DNA of 64,000 nucleotides from NCBI RefSeq assembly GCF_054482595.1, contig NZ_CM137008.1; one strand, 5' to 3'. Shown piece by piece: positions 55,055 to 64,000 of this stretch (position 1 is its first letter; each line of letters starts with the position of its first letter). The notes under the pieces were generated by a model. It saw only the letters and a program-made list of their open reading frames with translations, ran no database searches and was not told where the DNA came from. The position numbers and the translations under genes were made by a program.

Positions 55055-56225
55055 GAAGGGAAACTCCTGTAGTGAAGGGGATGCTCTGATAAATCCGTTC
55101 AAATGCTTGTGTAAGATTGCTTCTCGGCGTGGCTATGTTCACACGGAAAAAACCAAGTCCTTCATCGCCAAAATCTGATCCCCAGCTCATCTCAACACCT
55201 GCGAGCGAGACAAACCAATGGCGTAGTTGCTCTTCGCTGATGTTCATTGCCCGGTAGTCGATCCACAACATGTAAGTTCCGCCACCAGAGGCGACAAACC
55301 AGTCTGGAAAATGAGCTTGGCAGAATGATTGAACCCAGCTCCTGTTTTCGACCAAATAATCTTTTAATGCTGCTAACCAAGAATCGCCATGGCGGTAAGC
55401 ACAGAGAAATGCAGGAACAGAGAAATAACCAGGATTATGGATACCTGCTGCAATAAGAGCTAATTTAAACTGTTCACGATATTTATCGTTAGCAATAACA
55501 ATATTTGCGATTTCAAGTCCGGCCATATTAAAAGTTTTTGCTGGAGATGTACAAATAAACGAGTTTTGTGCAACGTATGAGCTTATAGAAGAAATTGTTT
55601 GATGTTGTTTTTGGGTGAAGTTGAAGTCTGCATGAACATCATCAGAAATAATAAAAACATTATATTTTTCTGCTAATGAAGCTATTTTCCTTAGATTGTC
55701 TTCTGACCAGATTGTTCCTGTTGGATTATGCGGCGATATTAGAATGAAACAACAAGCCATTTTAAACTTATCTTCGAGATCCGCAAAGTCTATTTCATAG
55801 TGGTGGTCACGATAAAGTAACGCACTTTCCAGCAATACTCGATGGTTGACTTCAACTGCATGACTAATAGGATGATAGGCTGGTGCCAGGCTGACAATAG
55901 CATCTCCCGGTTGGGTAAAGTTCTGGATAAATAATGAGACGGCCTGTACTACCCGTGGGCAAAAAACAATGTGTTCAGGGTTGACCTTCCACGAGTAATG
56001 GCGTTGATACCACTGTGCTGCCACTTGCTGCCAGTCATCACTTAATAATGTATAACCGTAGATACCTTTCTGATTTGCGACAGATAATTCAGAAACTATA
56101 AAATCAGCTACAGGAATATCCATATCAGCTACAGACAGGGGAATGATGTCACGCCCCTTGTTATTATATTTAGCGCTATAGGTTCCGTCGCGTGAAATAA
56201 CTTTATCAAAATTATAAACTTTCAT
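55047..56225 (-). CDS. PatB/MalY-type PLP-dependent C-S lyase, second paralogue in the window
   Basis: About 392 aa from MKVYNFDKVISRDG (the track ORF begins at an upstream GTG at 56339); aminotransferase class I/II fold with SPAKTFNMAG around the PLP lysine; overlaps the NhaC gene start by 8 bp. Confidence 0.8.
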   Translation of the reverse strand: MKVYNFDKVISRDGTYSAKYNNKGRDIIPLSVADMDIPVADFIVSELSVANQKGIYGYTLLSDDWQQVAAQWYQRHYSWKVNPEHIVFCPRVVQAVSLFIQNFTQPGDAIVSLAPAYHPISHAVEVNHRVLLESALLYRDHHYEIDFADLEDKFKMACCFILISPHNPTGTIWSEDNLRKIASLAEKYNVFIISDDVHADFNFTQKQHQTISSISSYVAQNSFICTSPAKTFNMAGLEIANIVIANDKYREQFKLALIAAGIHNPGYFSVPAFLCAYRHGDSWLAALKDYLVENRSWVQSFCQAHFPDWFVASGGGTYMLWIDYRAMNISEEQLRHWFVSLAGVEMSWGSDFGDEGLGFFRVNIATPRSNLTQAFERIYQSIPFTTGVSLHE

Positions 56226-56640
56226 ATTTGTTACTCGCCCGGTTTTATCGTTAGGGTAATGTAATATTTCGAGGGAGGAAGTGTTATTCTGTATTTTGTT
56301 TTCGTTATTATGAAAATTTGCATATGTGATGTTTATCACAAAGATGTTAACTATCTGTCAATAAAAAGACTCCAGCAAATGTAAACGTTTTACATCGCTT
56401 AAGCCTATGGAATTTACATAAAAAAAGGGCGTGCCGAGTCTTTCGACCCAATCATTATCTCGGTAACTCCATTCACAAGAGCAGGAAATAACCTCTTCAA
56501 CAAATAACAGACTGATGCCTGCGAGCGCGCTCCCCAGGTTTCCGGGCTGAAAGTACCGCCGCACTCGTTTAACGCGGAACAGTCTGTGTTGGCGGTTTAA
56601 TGGTGGATGTTGCTGTAGACCACAACTGATGAGGCAACGG

Positions 56641-57839
56641 AGTTTACCGTGATGATTCCTATTTATCATTTTCTGGTCAGTGCCGCGATTCTGGTATTCA
56701 TGGTGATTTTCTGTCAGACACGCCATCGCGACCACCGTAACTGGCTGGCTCTGCTGCTATTCGTATTATGATCTGTAAACAGCTGGCCATTGCGGATGGT
56801 TAAAGGAACAATTGTGGGGACAACTGACACATTGCGTAAAATGCAGCGTTATGAACAACTGAGTCAGCACGGGGCTGACAGCTGGAAAATCCTGCTGGGA
56901 GCACCGTTATATGACACGATTGTTATTGTCACTAGTGAGAGTGTGCGCAGGAATTATATGACAGCGTATGGCTATCCCGTATCAACCACACCGTGGCTGA
57001 ATATGGCACCCGGTTTATTTATTGACGGTTATAACTCGACAGCCTCCAGTACTGTGCCTTCCCTGAGCCGGACACTGATTTATGACTATGAGCAGCCCCC
57101 TGATTCCGACAACAACGTGGTGGCGCTGGCAGCAAAAGCAGGATACAGCACATAGTGGATATCCAATCAGGGAAAACTGGGGGAGTATGACACACGCATC
57201 TCTGTTATTGCTTCTGATGCGGAGCATACCGCTTTCCTCAAGAAAGGCAGCTTCGCTTCCCGTAAAACAGATGACAAACTGTTGTTACAGGAAACAGAAC
57301 GTGCGCTGGCGGATACATCCTCTCCGAAGATAATTTTCCTGCACATGATGGGTTCTCATCCAAATCCGTGTGACAGCCTTAACTCCTGGCCGAATAATTA
57401 CCTGGAGCAGTATCCCCGAAAAATTGCCTGTTACCTCGCCAGCATCAGTAAACTGGATAACTTTCTTGGCCAGCTTGATGGTATCCTTCGCCGGTACTCA
57501 CGTCATTTCGCCATGCTTTACTTTTCTGGCCTTGGGCTGTCGGTCAGCGACAGTGCTAATCCTGTTCATCATGATGGTCATGTGCAGGGGGGCTACAGCG
57601 TTCCCCTGATTATTACCGCCAGTGACATCACGTCTCATCAGTCCGTCAGCAGGAAAATCAATGCCCGTAATTTCGCAGGCATTTTTCAGTGGCTGACCGG
57701 TATTCGTACCGAAAATATAACGCCATTCAATCCGCTGACAGACGAAGATAATGAACCCGTTATGGTTTTTAACGGAGAGAAAAATGTGCCGGCAGACAGT
57801 CTGAAACCGCAGCCACTTATTCTTCCGGACCACAGGTAA
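56641..57839 (+). pseudogene. sulfatase-domain phosphoethanolamine-transferase-like gene, disrupted
   Basis: Short TM-encoding start (MMIPIYHFLVSAAILVFMVIF) then sulfatase-domain pieces in ORFs 56790..57155 and 57282..57839 (MMGSHPNPCDSL motif) separated by frame breaks; membrane domain far shorter than in intact family members. Confidence 0.55.
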
Positions 57840-58162
57840 TCATATATGGCAAACTGTAATACAGTCTCTTGTACTGAAAAGGATTCTGTATAGAATAGAA
57901 CCTGTATTCATATCAGCACAAGGGACCACCAAATCCCGGCAACATTCCTTACGTCAGTTATCCCGCATCACCCTGTGGGTGCGGGATTTTTTATGATGTT
58001 TCTTTTTATTGAATATATATAAATAACGAATAACTGCGGATTCTGATAATCCACCTGCAGGGAGCAATCCGGTAAACATTTAATACATCAGTTAATATCG
58101 TTTTGCCTTTTTAACAAAGAAAATATTCATGGAGTAAGTTCCCGGGCATTTGCCCGGGATGA

Positions 58163-59428
58163 TTACTGTTTTAATGGATTATTAATCTTTGCATATTCAA
58201 ATGGACTGATAAATTTTTCTCTGTTTGCATCCAGAAAATCGGCCCACCATTGTAGCATCAAGCGGCGTTCTTCCAGATGCTCTGCTTTATGAATGTAAGC
58301 AGCACGTACACCGTTACGTTCCTGATGGCTCATCTGACGTTCCACAGCATCGCGGGACCACAAACCTGATTCAATCAATGCACTGCACGCCATCGCCCGG
58401 AATCCATGGCCACAGACTTCCTGGGTTGTGTCATACCCCATCACCCTCAGGGCTTTATTTACAGTATTTTCACTGATTGGTTTACGCGGGTCATGTGCAC
58501 CCGTAAATATCAGACCATTTTCACCTGCCCATGTCTGAAGTTCTGTCAGTATGGCTACAGCCTGTTTGCTGAGTGGCACAAGATGTGGTGTTCGCATCTT
58601 GGAGCCCCGGTGTGAGAATTTTACGCCTGGCAGAGGTTCGCGTTCGGCTGGAATAGTCCACTTGGCATTGTCAATATCAATTTCAGACCAGCGGGCATAT
58701 CTGAGTTCACTGGAACGAATAAAAACCAGTAAATTCAGCATAACTGCCAGTCGGGTGACAGGCTGGCCTTTATAACCGTCAATACGCGACAGAAGTTCAG
58801 GCAAGCGTGAAAGATCCAGAGCAGGGCGATGCTGGCGTTTTACCGTGGTCAATGCACCAGCCATATCCAGAGCCGGGTTATATCTGATGATGCCTGACTG
58901 TACGGCATAACGCATTACAGCAGATATTCTTTGCTGCAGACGACTGGCGATTTCATAAATTTGTTTTGCTTCTGCAGCACGAACAGGGATAAGCAGATCC
59001 GGGGTATTGAGTGTTGTGATATCCCGGTTGCCGATAAAGGGGAAAACGTGTGTCTCGAGGCTTTTGAGTACTTTATCGCTGTGTGATTGTGCCCATTGTT
59101 TATTACTGGCATGCCAGCGTCGTGCAATATGTTCAAAAGAGAGCTGTAAATCAGGGACAACTTTTTTAACTCTTTTCTGTTCGCAAGGGTCAATCCCTTC
59201 TGAAATCAGTTTTCGGGCCTCATCCCGTTTTGTACGAGCTTCGGAGAGAGAAACTTCTGGATACACACCAAGTGCCAGAGTCTTCTCCTTACCCAGAATA
59301 CGATAACGGAGACGCCAGTAACGGGAACCATTAGGATGAACCAGCAGGAACATGCCGGCCCCGTCAGTGAGTTTATAAGCCTTGTCAGTGGGCTTTGCAG
59401 CCCGGATTTTTGCGTCAGTCAGTGCCAT
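58163..59428 (-). CDS. P4-type tyrosine integrase (phage/island integrase)
   Basis: 421 aa; N-terminal MALTDAKIRAAKP...FLLVHPNGSRYWRLRYR and C-terminal catalytic region; start about 200 bp from the tRNA-Phe 3' end. Confidence 0.9.
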   Translation of the reverse strand: MALTDAKIRAAKPTDKAYKLTDGAGMFLLVHPNGSRYWRLRYRILGKEKTLALGVYPEVSLSEARTKRDEARKLISEGIDPCEQKRVKKVVPDLQLSFEHIARRWHASNKQWAQSHSDKVLKSLETHVFPFIGNRDITTLNTPDLLIPVRAAEAKQIYEIASRLQQRISAVMRYAVQSGIIRYNPALDMAGALTTVKRQHRPALDLSRLPELLSRIDGYKGQPVTRLAVMLNLLVFIRSSELRYARWSEIDIDNAKWTIPAEREPLPGVKFSHRGSKMRTPHLVPLSKQAVAILTELQTWAGENGLIFTGAHDPRKPISENTVNKALRVMGYDTTQEVCGHGFRAMACSALIESGLWSRDAVERQMSHQERNGVRAAYIHKAEHLEERRLMLQWWADFLDANREKFISPFEYAKINNPLKQ

Positions 59429-59589
59429 AGTTCAGCCTTCTGAATGCGTTAAAGAGGGTACAAATTCTGTCGAACTGGGGTATACCCGCAATTATACCCA
59501 CACAATGAGGTTGATGTGGGGGGAATCTGGTTGAGTTCGGTAGAATTGATTTGGAGGCAGAACGCTTAAATTGTGGCGTTCTGAAACGA

Positions 59590-59616
59590 AAAACGGACCT
59601 CCGTGGAGGTCCGTTG
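59590..59616 (-). terminator. hairpin immediately 3' of tRNA-Phe
   Basis: Minus strand reads aacggacctcc-ac-ggaggtccgtt followed by TTTTCG. Coordinates approximate. Confidence 0.5.
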
Positions 59617-59625
59617 ATATGAATT

Positions 59626-59701
59626 TGGTGCCCGGACTCGGAATCGAACCAAGGACACGGGGATTTTCAATCCCCTGCTCTACCGACTGAGCTATCCGGG
59701 C
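59626..59701 (-). tRNA. pheV: tRNA-Phe (anticodon GAA)
   Basis: Reverse complement reads GCCCGGATAGCTCAGTCGGTAGAGCAGGGGATTGAAAATCCCCGTGTCCTTGGTTCGATTCCGAGTCCGGGCACCA; pheV rather than pheU is inferred from the yqgA-speC-nupG neighbourhood. Coordinates within about 1 bp. Confidence 0.93.
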
Positions 59702-59806
59702 AACGGGGCGCATTAAACCTGATTCGCCTCGTCTCGTCAATCAAATTTCTTCAATTTACTGCAGACTGCACAATCTATCATCACTTTGCCGCTATTGCAC
59801 GCATTG

Positions 59807-60514
59807 TCAGGCAAACCAGGCGGTCCAGGCGGCGGAAAGCGGCATTGCCAGAAGGAGTGCTGGAAGCATGTTGACCACCGGGAACATTTTAATGCCACAG
59901 ATGCGTAATCCGGTTGCCAGCAGCAATAAACCGCCTACGGCGCTGAAGTCTGCCATCATCGACGGTGTGGTCAGCGGTAATATCAGCGTGGCAGCCCACG
60001 CCAGCGTTAACTGGATGATCAGTAATGGGATACTAATCACCGATACCGCAATACCCAGCGAGCAGGCGAAGATCATCGCCGTAAAGAAATCAAGAAATGA
60101 CTTGGCGATTAAAATACTCGGATCGCCGGTCATCCCTTCGTTCATCGCCCCGAAGATCCCGGTGCCGCTGGCGCAAAACAGGACAATAATCGCGACATAA
60201 TTCTGAATAAAAGATTCATGCGCTGGCTTCTTACGTGAGTGACGAAACAGATTTTGTGCTTTGGCGACCGCTGTATTGACGCCTTTCTCCAGCAGACAAA
60301 TTTCGCCGATTAATGCTCCGAGTAAGGTTGCTAAAACCATCGCCGGAAGGTTGGCGCATTTCACCACCAGTAAAATACCAATCCCCAGCGATGCCAGACC
60401 AAAAATTGATGTCATGGAGACGCGGATACGTTCCGGTAAGCGTTGGCTAAGCAGTGCACCGAGCATGCCACCCAGTAATATTGCACTTGCGTTGATAAAA
60501 GGGCCGATGACCAC
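59807..60514 (-). CDS. yqgA: DUF554 family inner membrane protein
   Basis: 235 aa hydrophobic protein recognised as YqgA; core gene next to pheV. Confidence 0.8.
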   Translation of the reverse strand: MVIGPFINASAILLGGMLGALLSQRLPERIRVSMTSIFGLASLGIGILLVVKCANLPAMVLATLLGALIGEICLLEKGVNTAVAKAQNLFRHSRKKPAHESFIQNYVAIIVLFCASGTGIFGAMNEGMTGDPSILIAKSFLDFFTAMIFACSLGIAVSVISIPLLIIQLTLAWAATLILPLTTPSMMADFSAVGGLLLLATGLRICGIKMFPVVNMLPALLLAMPLSAAWTAWFA

Positions 60515-60912
60515 AAGAGTTCCTGTTAACTGTATTGTTTGATTTTCTTATTATGAACTTTTTGCCTTGTTGATGGCTTGTCTAGTCGCAAAGTCCTGGC
60601 TTGCACGCCTTAGCGAAAGGTGCCATGATTGCGCGAATTTTCTCCTCTCTGTACGGAGTTTGCCCGATGCACGCCATCTCCTTACATTCTCTCGCTTATC
60701 GCCGTTTCGCGCGAAACCCTTCTCTTTTTATGCTACTGCTCATGCGGTGAAGTTAACGCACGTTCACTGCAGGACAACAGTAAAATCAGAGCGTTTCTGC
60801 TTTTACTGATGTCTGGCGGTCGGAGCTGGTGACCAGTTTGACCCATATCTCATGGGGCAGGGTTTTACACCTTGTCCGGTATTCTTACTTCCCCGAAACG
60901 GGTTTTGCGCTT

Positions 60913-63048
60913 ATGAAATCAATGAATATTGCCGCCAGTAGTGAACTGGTATCCCGACTTTCTACTCATCGCCGCGTGGTGGCGTTGGGAGATACTGATT
61001 TTACGGACGTCGCGGCAGTCGTCATTACCGCTGCGGATAGTCGCAGTGGCATTCTTACGTTGCTTAAGCGCACCGGTTTTCATCTACCGGTGTTTTTGTA
61101 TTCCGAACATGCTGTTGAATTACCTGCGGGCGTTACGGCGGTAATCAACGGCAACGAGCAGCATTGGCTGGAGCTGGAATCCGCAGCCTGTCAGTATGAA
61201 GAGAATTTGCTGCCACCGTTTTATGACACGCTGACGCAGTACGTTGAGATGGGCAACAGCACCTTTGCTTGCCCTGGGCATCAACATGGTGCGTTTTTTA
61301 AAAAGCATCCTGCCGGACGCCATTTTTACGATTTCTTTGGTGAGAACGTCTTTCGCGCCGATATGTGTAATGCTGACGTAAAATTGGGCGATCTGCTTAT
61401 TCATGAAGGATCGGCGAAAGATGCGCAGAAATTCGCAGCCAAAGTCTTTCATGCCGATAAAACCTATTTTGTACTGAACGGCACATCGGCAGCGAATAAA
61501 GTGGTGACGAATGCGCTATTAACGCGTGGCGATCTGGTGCTCTTCGACCGTAACAACCATAAGTCGAATCATCACGGCGCGCTGATTCAGGCGGGGGCGA
61601 CGCCGGTCTATCTGGAAGCTTCACGCAACCCGTTTGGTTTCATTGGCGGTATTGATGCGCACTGTTTTAATGAAGAGTATCTGCGCCAGCAAATTCGCGA
61701 CGTTGCGCCAGAAAAAGCCGACCTGCCGCGCCCGTTTCGCCTGGCGATTATTCAGCTGGGAACCTATGACGGCACTGTCTATAACGCCCGTCAGGTGATC
61801 GATACCATTGGGCATCTGTGTGATTACATTCTGTTTGATTCCGCGTGGGTCGGTTACGAACAGTTTATCCCGATGATGGCGGATAGCTCGCCGCTGCTGT
61901 TAGAACTTAACGAAAACGATCCAGGGATCTTTGTGACTCAGTCGGTGCACAAACAGCAGGCGGGATTCTCACAGACGTCGCAGATCCATAAAAAAGATAA
62001 CCATATCCGCGGACAGGCGCGTTTTTGCCCGCATAAGCGGTTGAATAACGCCTTTATGCTCCATGCTTCTACCAGCCCTTTCTATCCGCTGTTTGCTGCA
62101 CTGGATGTTAACGCCAAAATTCATGAAGGGGAGAGTGGGCGTCGGCTGTGGGCTGAGTGCGTTGAGTTGGGTATTGAGTCGCGCAAGGCTATTCTTGCGC
62201 GCTGTAAGCTGTTCCGCCCGTTTATCCCGCCCGTTGTTGATGGCAAATTGTGGCAGGATTATCCGACATCAGTGTTAGCCAGCGACCGCCGTTTTTTCAG
62301 TTTTGAGCCGGGGGCGAAGTGGCACGGCTTTGAAGGATATGCCGCGGATCAGTATTTTGTTGATCCGTGCAAGCTGTTACTCACTACACCAGGTATCGAT
62401 GCCGAAACCGGCGAGTATAGCGACTTTGGCGTTCCGGCGACGATTCTGGCGCACTATCTGCGTGAGAACGGCATTGTGCCGGAGAAGTGCGATCTCAACT
62501 CCATTCTGTTCTTATTAACTCCGGCGGAAAGCCAAGAGAAGCTGGCACAACTGGTGGCGATGCTGGCGCAATTTGAACAGCATATTGAGGATGACTCGCC
62601 GCTGGCTGAGGTGTTGCCGAGCGTTTATAACAAATATCCGGTGCGCTATCGCGACTACACCCTGCGCCAGTTGTGTCAGGAGATGCACGATCTGTATGTC
62701 AGTTTCGACGTCAAAGACCTACAAAAAGCGATGTTCCGCCAGCAGAGTTTCCCGTCAGTGGTGATGAACCCCCAGGATGCGCATAGCGCTTATATTCGCG
62801 GTGACGTGGAGTTGGTGCGGATTCGTGATGCCGAAGGGCGAATTGCGGTAGAAGGGGCGTTGCCTTATCCACCTGGCGTGCTTTGCGTGGTACCCGGGGA
62901 AGTCTGGGGTGGGGCGGTTCAACGTTATTTCCTTGCACTGGAAGAAGGGGTGAATTTGTTGCCGGGATTTTCGCCGGAGCTGCAAGGTGTTTATAGCGAA
63001 ACCGATGCGGATGGCATGAAACGGTTGTACGGTTATGTGTTGAAGTAA
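60913..63048 (+). CDS. speC: ornithine decarboxylase, constitutive
   Basis: 711 aa from MKSMNIAASSELVSRLS...; recognised as SpeC along the whole length; the track ORF has a 28-codon upstream extension. Confidence 0.95.
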   Translation: MKSMNIAASSELVSRLSTHRRVVALGDTDFTDVAAVVITAADSRSGILTLLKRTGFHLPVFLYSEHAVELPAGVTAVINGNEQHWLELESAACQYEENLLPPFYDTLTQYVEMGNSTFACPGHQHGAFFKKHPAGRHFYDFFGENVFRADMCNADVKLGDLLIHEGSAKDAQKFAAKVFHADKTYFVLNGTSAANKVVTNALLTRGDLVLFDRNNHKSNHHGALIQAGATPVYLEASRNPFGFIGGIDAHCFNEEYLRQQIRDVAPEKADLPRPFRLAIIQLGTYDGTVYNARQVIDTIGHLCDYILFDSAWVGYEQFIPMMADSSPLLLELNENDPGIFVTQSVHKQQAGFSQTSQIHKKDNHIRGQARFCPHKRLNNAFMLHASTSPFYPLFAALDVNAKIHEGESGRRLWAECVELGIESRKAILARCKLFRPFIPPVVDGKLWQDYPTSVLASDRRFFSFEPGAKWHGFEGYAADQYFVDPCKLLLTTPGIDAETGEYSDFGVPATILAHYLRENGIVPEKCDLNSILFLLTPAESQEKLAQLVAMLAQFEQHIEDDSPLAEVLPSVYNKYPVRYRDYTLRQLCQEMHDLYVSFDVKDLQKAMFRQQSFPSVVMNPQDAHSAYIRGDVELVRIRDAEGRIAVEGALPYPPGVLCVVPGEVWGGAVQRYFLALEEGVNLLPGFSPELQGVYSETDADGMKRLYGYVLK

Positions 63049-63052
63049 GAAT

Positions 63053-63088
63053 AAAAAAAACGGGTCGCCTTCTGGCGACCCGTTTTTC
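63053..63088. terminator. bidirectional rho-independent terminator between convergent speC and nupG
   Basis: A-run, cgggtcgcc-ttct-ggcgacccg, then T-run. Coordinates approximate. Confidence 0.6.
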
Positions 63089-63097
63089 TTTGCGTAA

Positions 63098-64000
63098 TTA
63101 GTGGCTAACCGTCTGTGTACCTGTCGGGACACGAACGTGTTTATATTTGAACATCGCCATGAACGCGAAGGCCAGAACCACGGAGTAACCAGCGAAAATC
63201 AACCATACGGTCTGCCAGTCGGTAATGCCGTTTTGGGTGTACATCTCAACAACTTTACCGCTCACGATGCCGCCGAGGATACAGCCGAAGCCGTTAGTCA
63301 TCATCAGGAACATCCCTTGTGCACTGGCGCGAATTGCCGGGCTAACTTCTTTTTCGACAAACACCGAACCAGAGATGTTGAAGAAGTCGAATGCGCAACC
63401 GTAAACGATCATCGACAGTACCAGCAGTACAGTACCGAACGGAGTCGGGTCGCCGTAAGCAAACAGCGCAAAACGCAGGATCCACGCCACAATACTGATC
63501 ATCATTACGTTCTTAATACCGTAGCGGCTTAAGAAGAACGGGATGGTCAGAATGAACAGGGTTTCAGAGATCTGCGAAATCGACATGATGATTGACGCAT
63601 GCTGCACAATAAAGCTGCTGGCAAACATCGGATCTTTGTCGAAGCTGTGCAGGAAGGTATTACCGAACATGTTGGTAATCTGCAGTTCCGCGCCCAGCAG
63701 CATTGAGAAGATGAAGAAGATTGCCATACGCTTGTTTTTAAACAGCGCGAATGCATCGAGGCCCAGCAGGGTTGTCCAGCTCTGATTCGCTTGCTGTTTA
63801 GCAACCGGAATATGCGGCAGAGTCAGGGTAAACAGAACCAGAATGGCGGAAAGTGCTGCGCCAATATACAGCTGCATGTGGCTTAATTCGAAGCCAGACA
63901 GGCTCACCACCCACATTGCCATGATAAAGCCGATGGTGCCCCAGATACGGATTGGCGGGAAGTCAGTAACGATATCCATCCCGGCATTTTGCAGGCGATA
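63098..64000 (-). CDS. nupG: nucleoside permease (MFS), 3' portion; gene continues beyond the window end
   Basis: Track ORF 63098..63979 ends ...YKHVRVPTGTQTVSH; the reading frame stays open to the window edge, so the N-terminus is outside the window. Confidence 0.9.
   Translation of the reverse strand, partial: YRLQNAGMDIVTDFPPIRIWGTIGFIMAMWVVSLSGFELSHMQLYIGAALSAILVLFTLTLPHIPVAKQQANQSWTTLLGLDAFALFKNKRMAIFFIFSMLLGAELQITNMFGNTFLHSFDKDPMFASSFIVQHASIIMSISQISETLFILTIPFFLSRYGIKNVMMISIVAWILRFALFAYGDPTPFGTVLLVLSMIVYGCAFDFFNISGSVFVEKEVSPAIRASAQGMFLMMTNGFGCILGGIVSGKVVEMYTQNGITDWQTVWLIFAGYSVVLAFAFMAMFKYKHVRVPTGTQTVSH

Noticed and set aside
59492-59740. 82 aa ORF overlapping tRNA-Phe
   Set aside because: Overlaps the tRNA gene and its terminator on the same strand; starts with a non-ATG codon; artefact.

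Overview
This 64 kb window reads as an Escherichia coli chromosomal segment: a large, IS-riddled genomic island integrated at tRNA-Phe (pheV-like context), followed by core genes yqgA, speC and the 3' part of nupG. All calls rest on reading the translations and sequence motifs by eye; no database search was run, so family assignments and identity judgements are from memory. The island is anchored by a P4-type integrase (58163..59428) beside tRNA-Phe (about 59626..59701); its far boundary is not in the window. Its cargo is mosaic: (1) a GntR regulator, an Amidohydro_2 hydrolase and an MFS transporter fused directly onto a complete citrate lyase set citCDEFXG and a full-length acnB, with no citT or dpiAB, bounded by an ISL3 element and an IS66 end; (2) a decayed garD/agaR/kbaZ-kbaY segment followed by a PTS EIICB, a MalY-like C-S lyase and a secreted glycosidase-like protein; (3) an M20 amidohydrolase, DcuC-family carrier and LysR regulator; (4) a KpLE2-like sgcR/yjhHGFU block interrupted by IS1; (5) an MtnK/MtnA/class II aldolase plus sugar transporter module (DHAP-shunt-like); (6) an extra porin; (7) AT-rich MFS+PepT and NhaC+PatB pairs. 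Remnants of IS66 (several), ISL3, IS21, IS1, IS3, IS605 and IS629-like elements mark the module junctions. No CRISPR array or rRNA was seen. The most interesting candidate is module 1, which may be a novel tricarboxylate or lactone fermentation operon, though a rearrangement or assembly artefact is not excluded.
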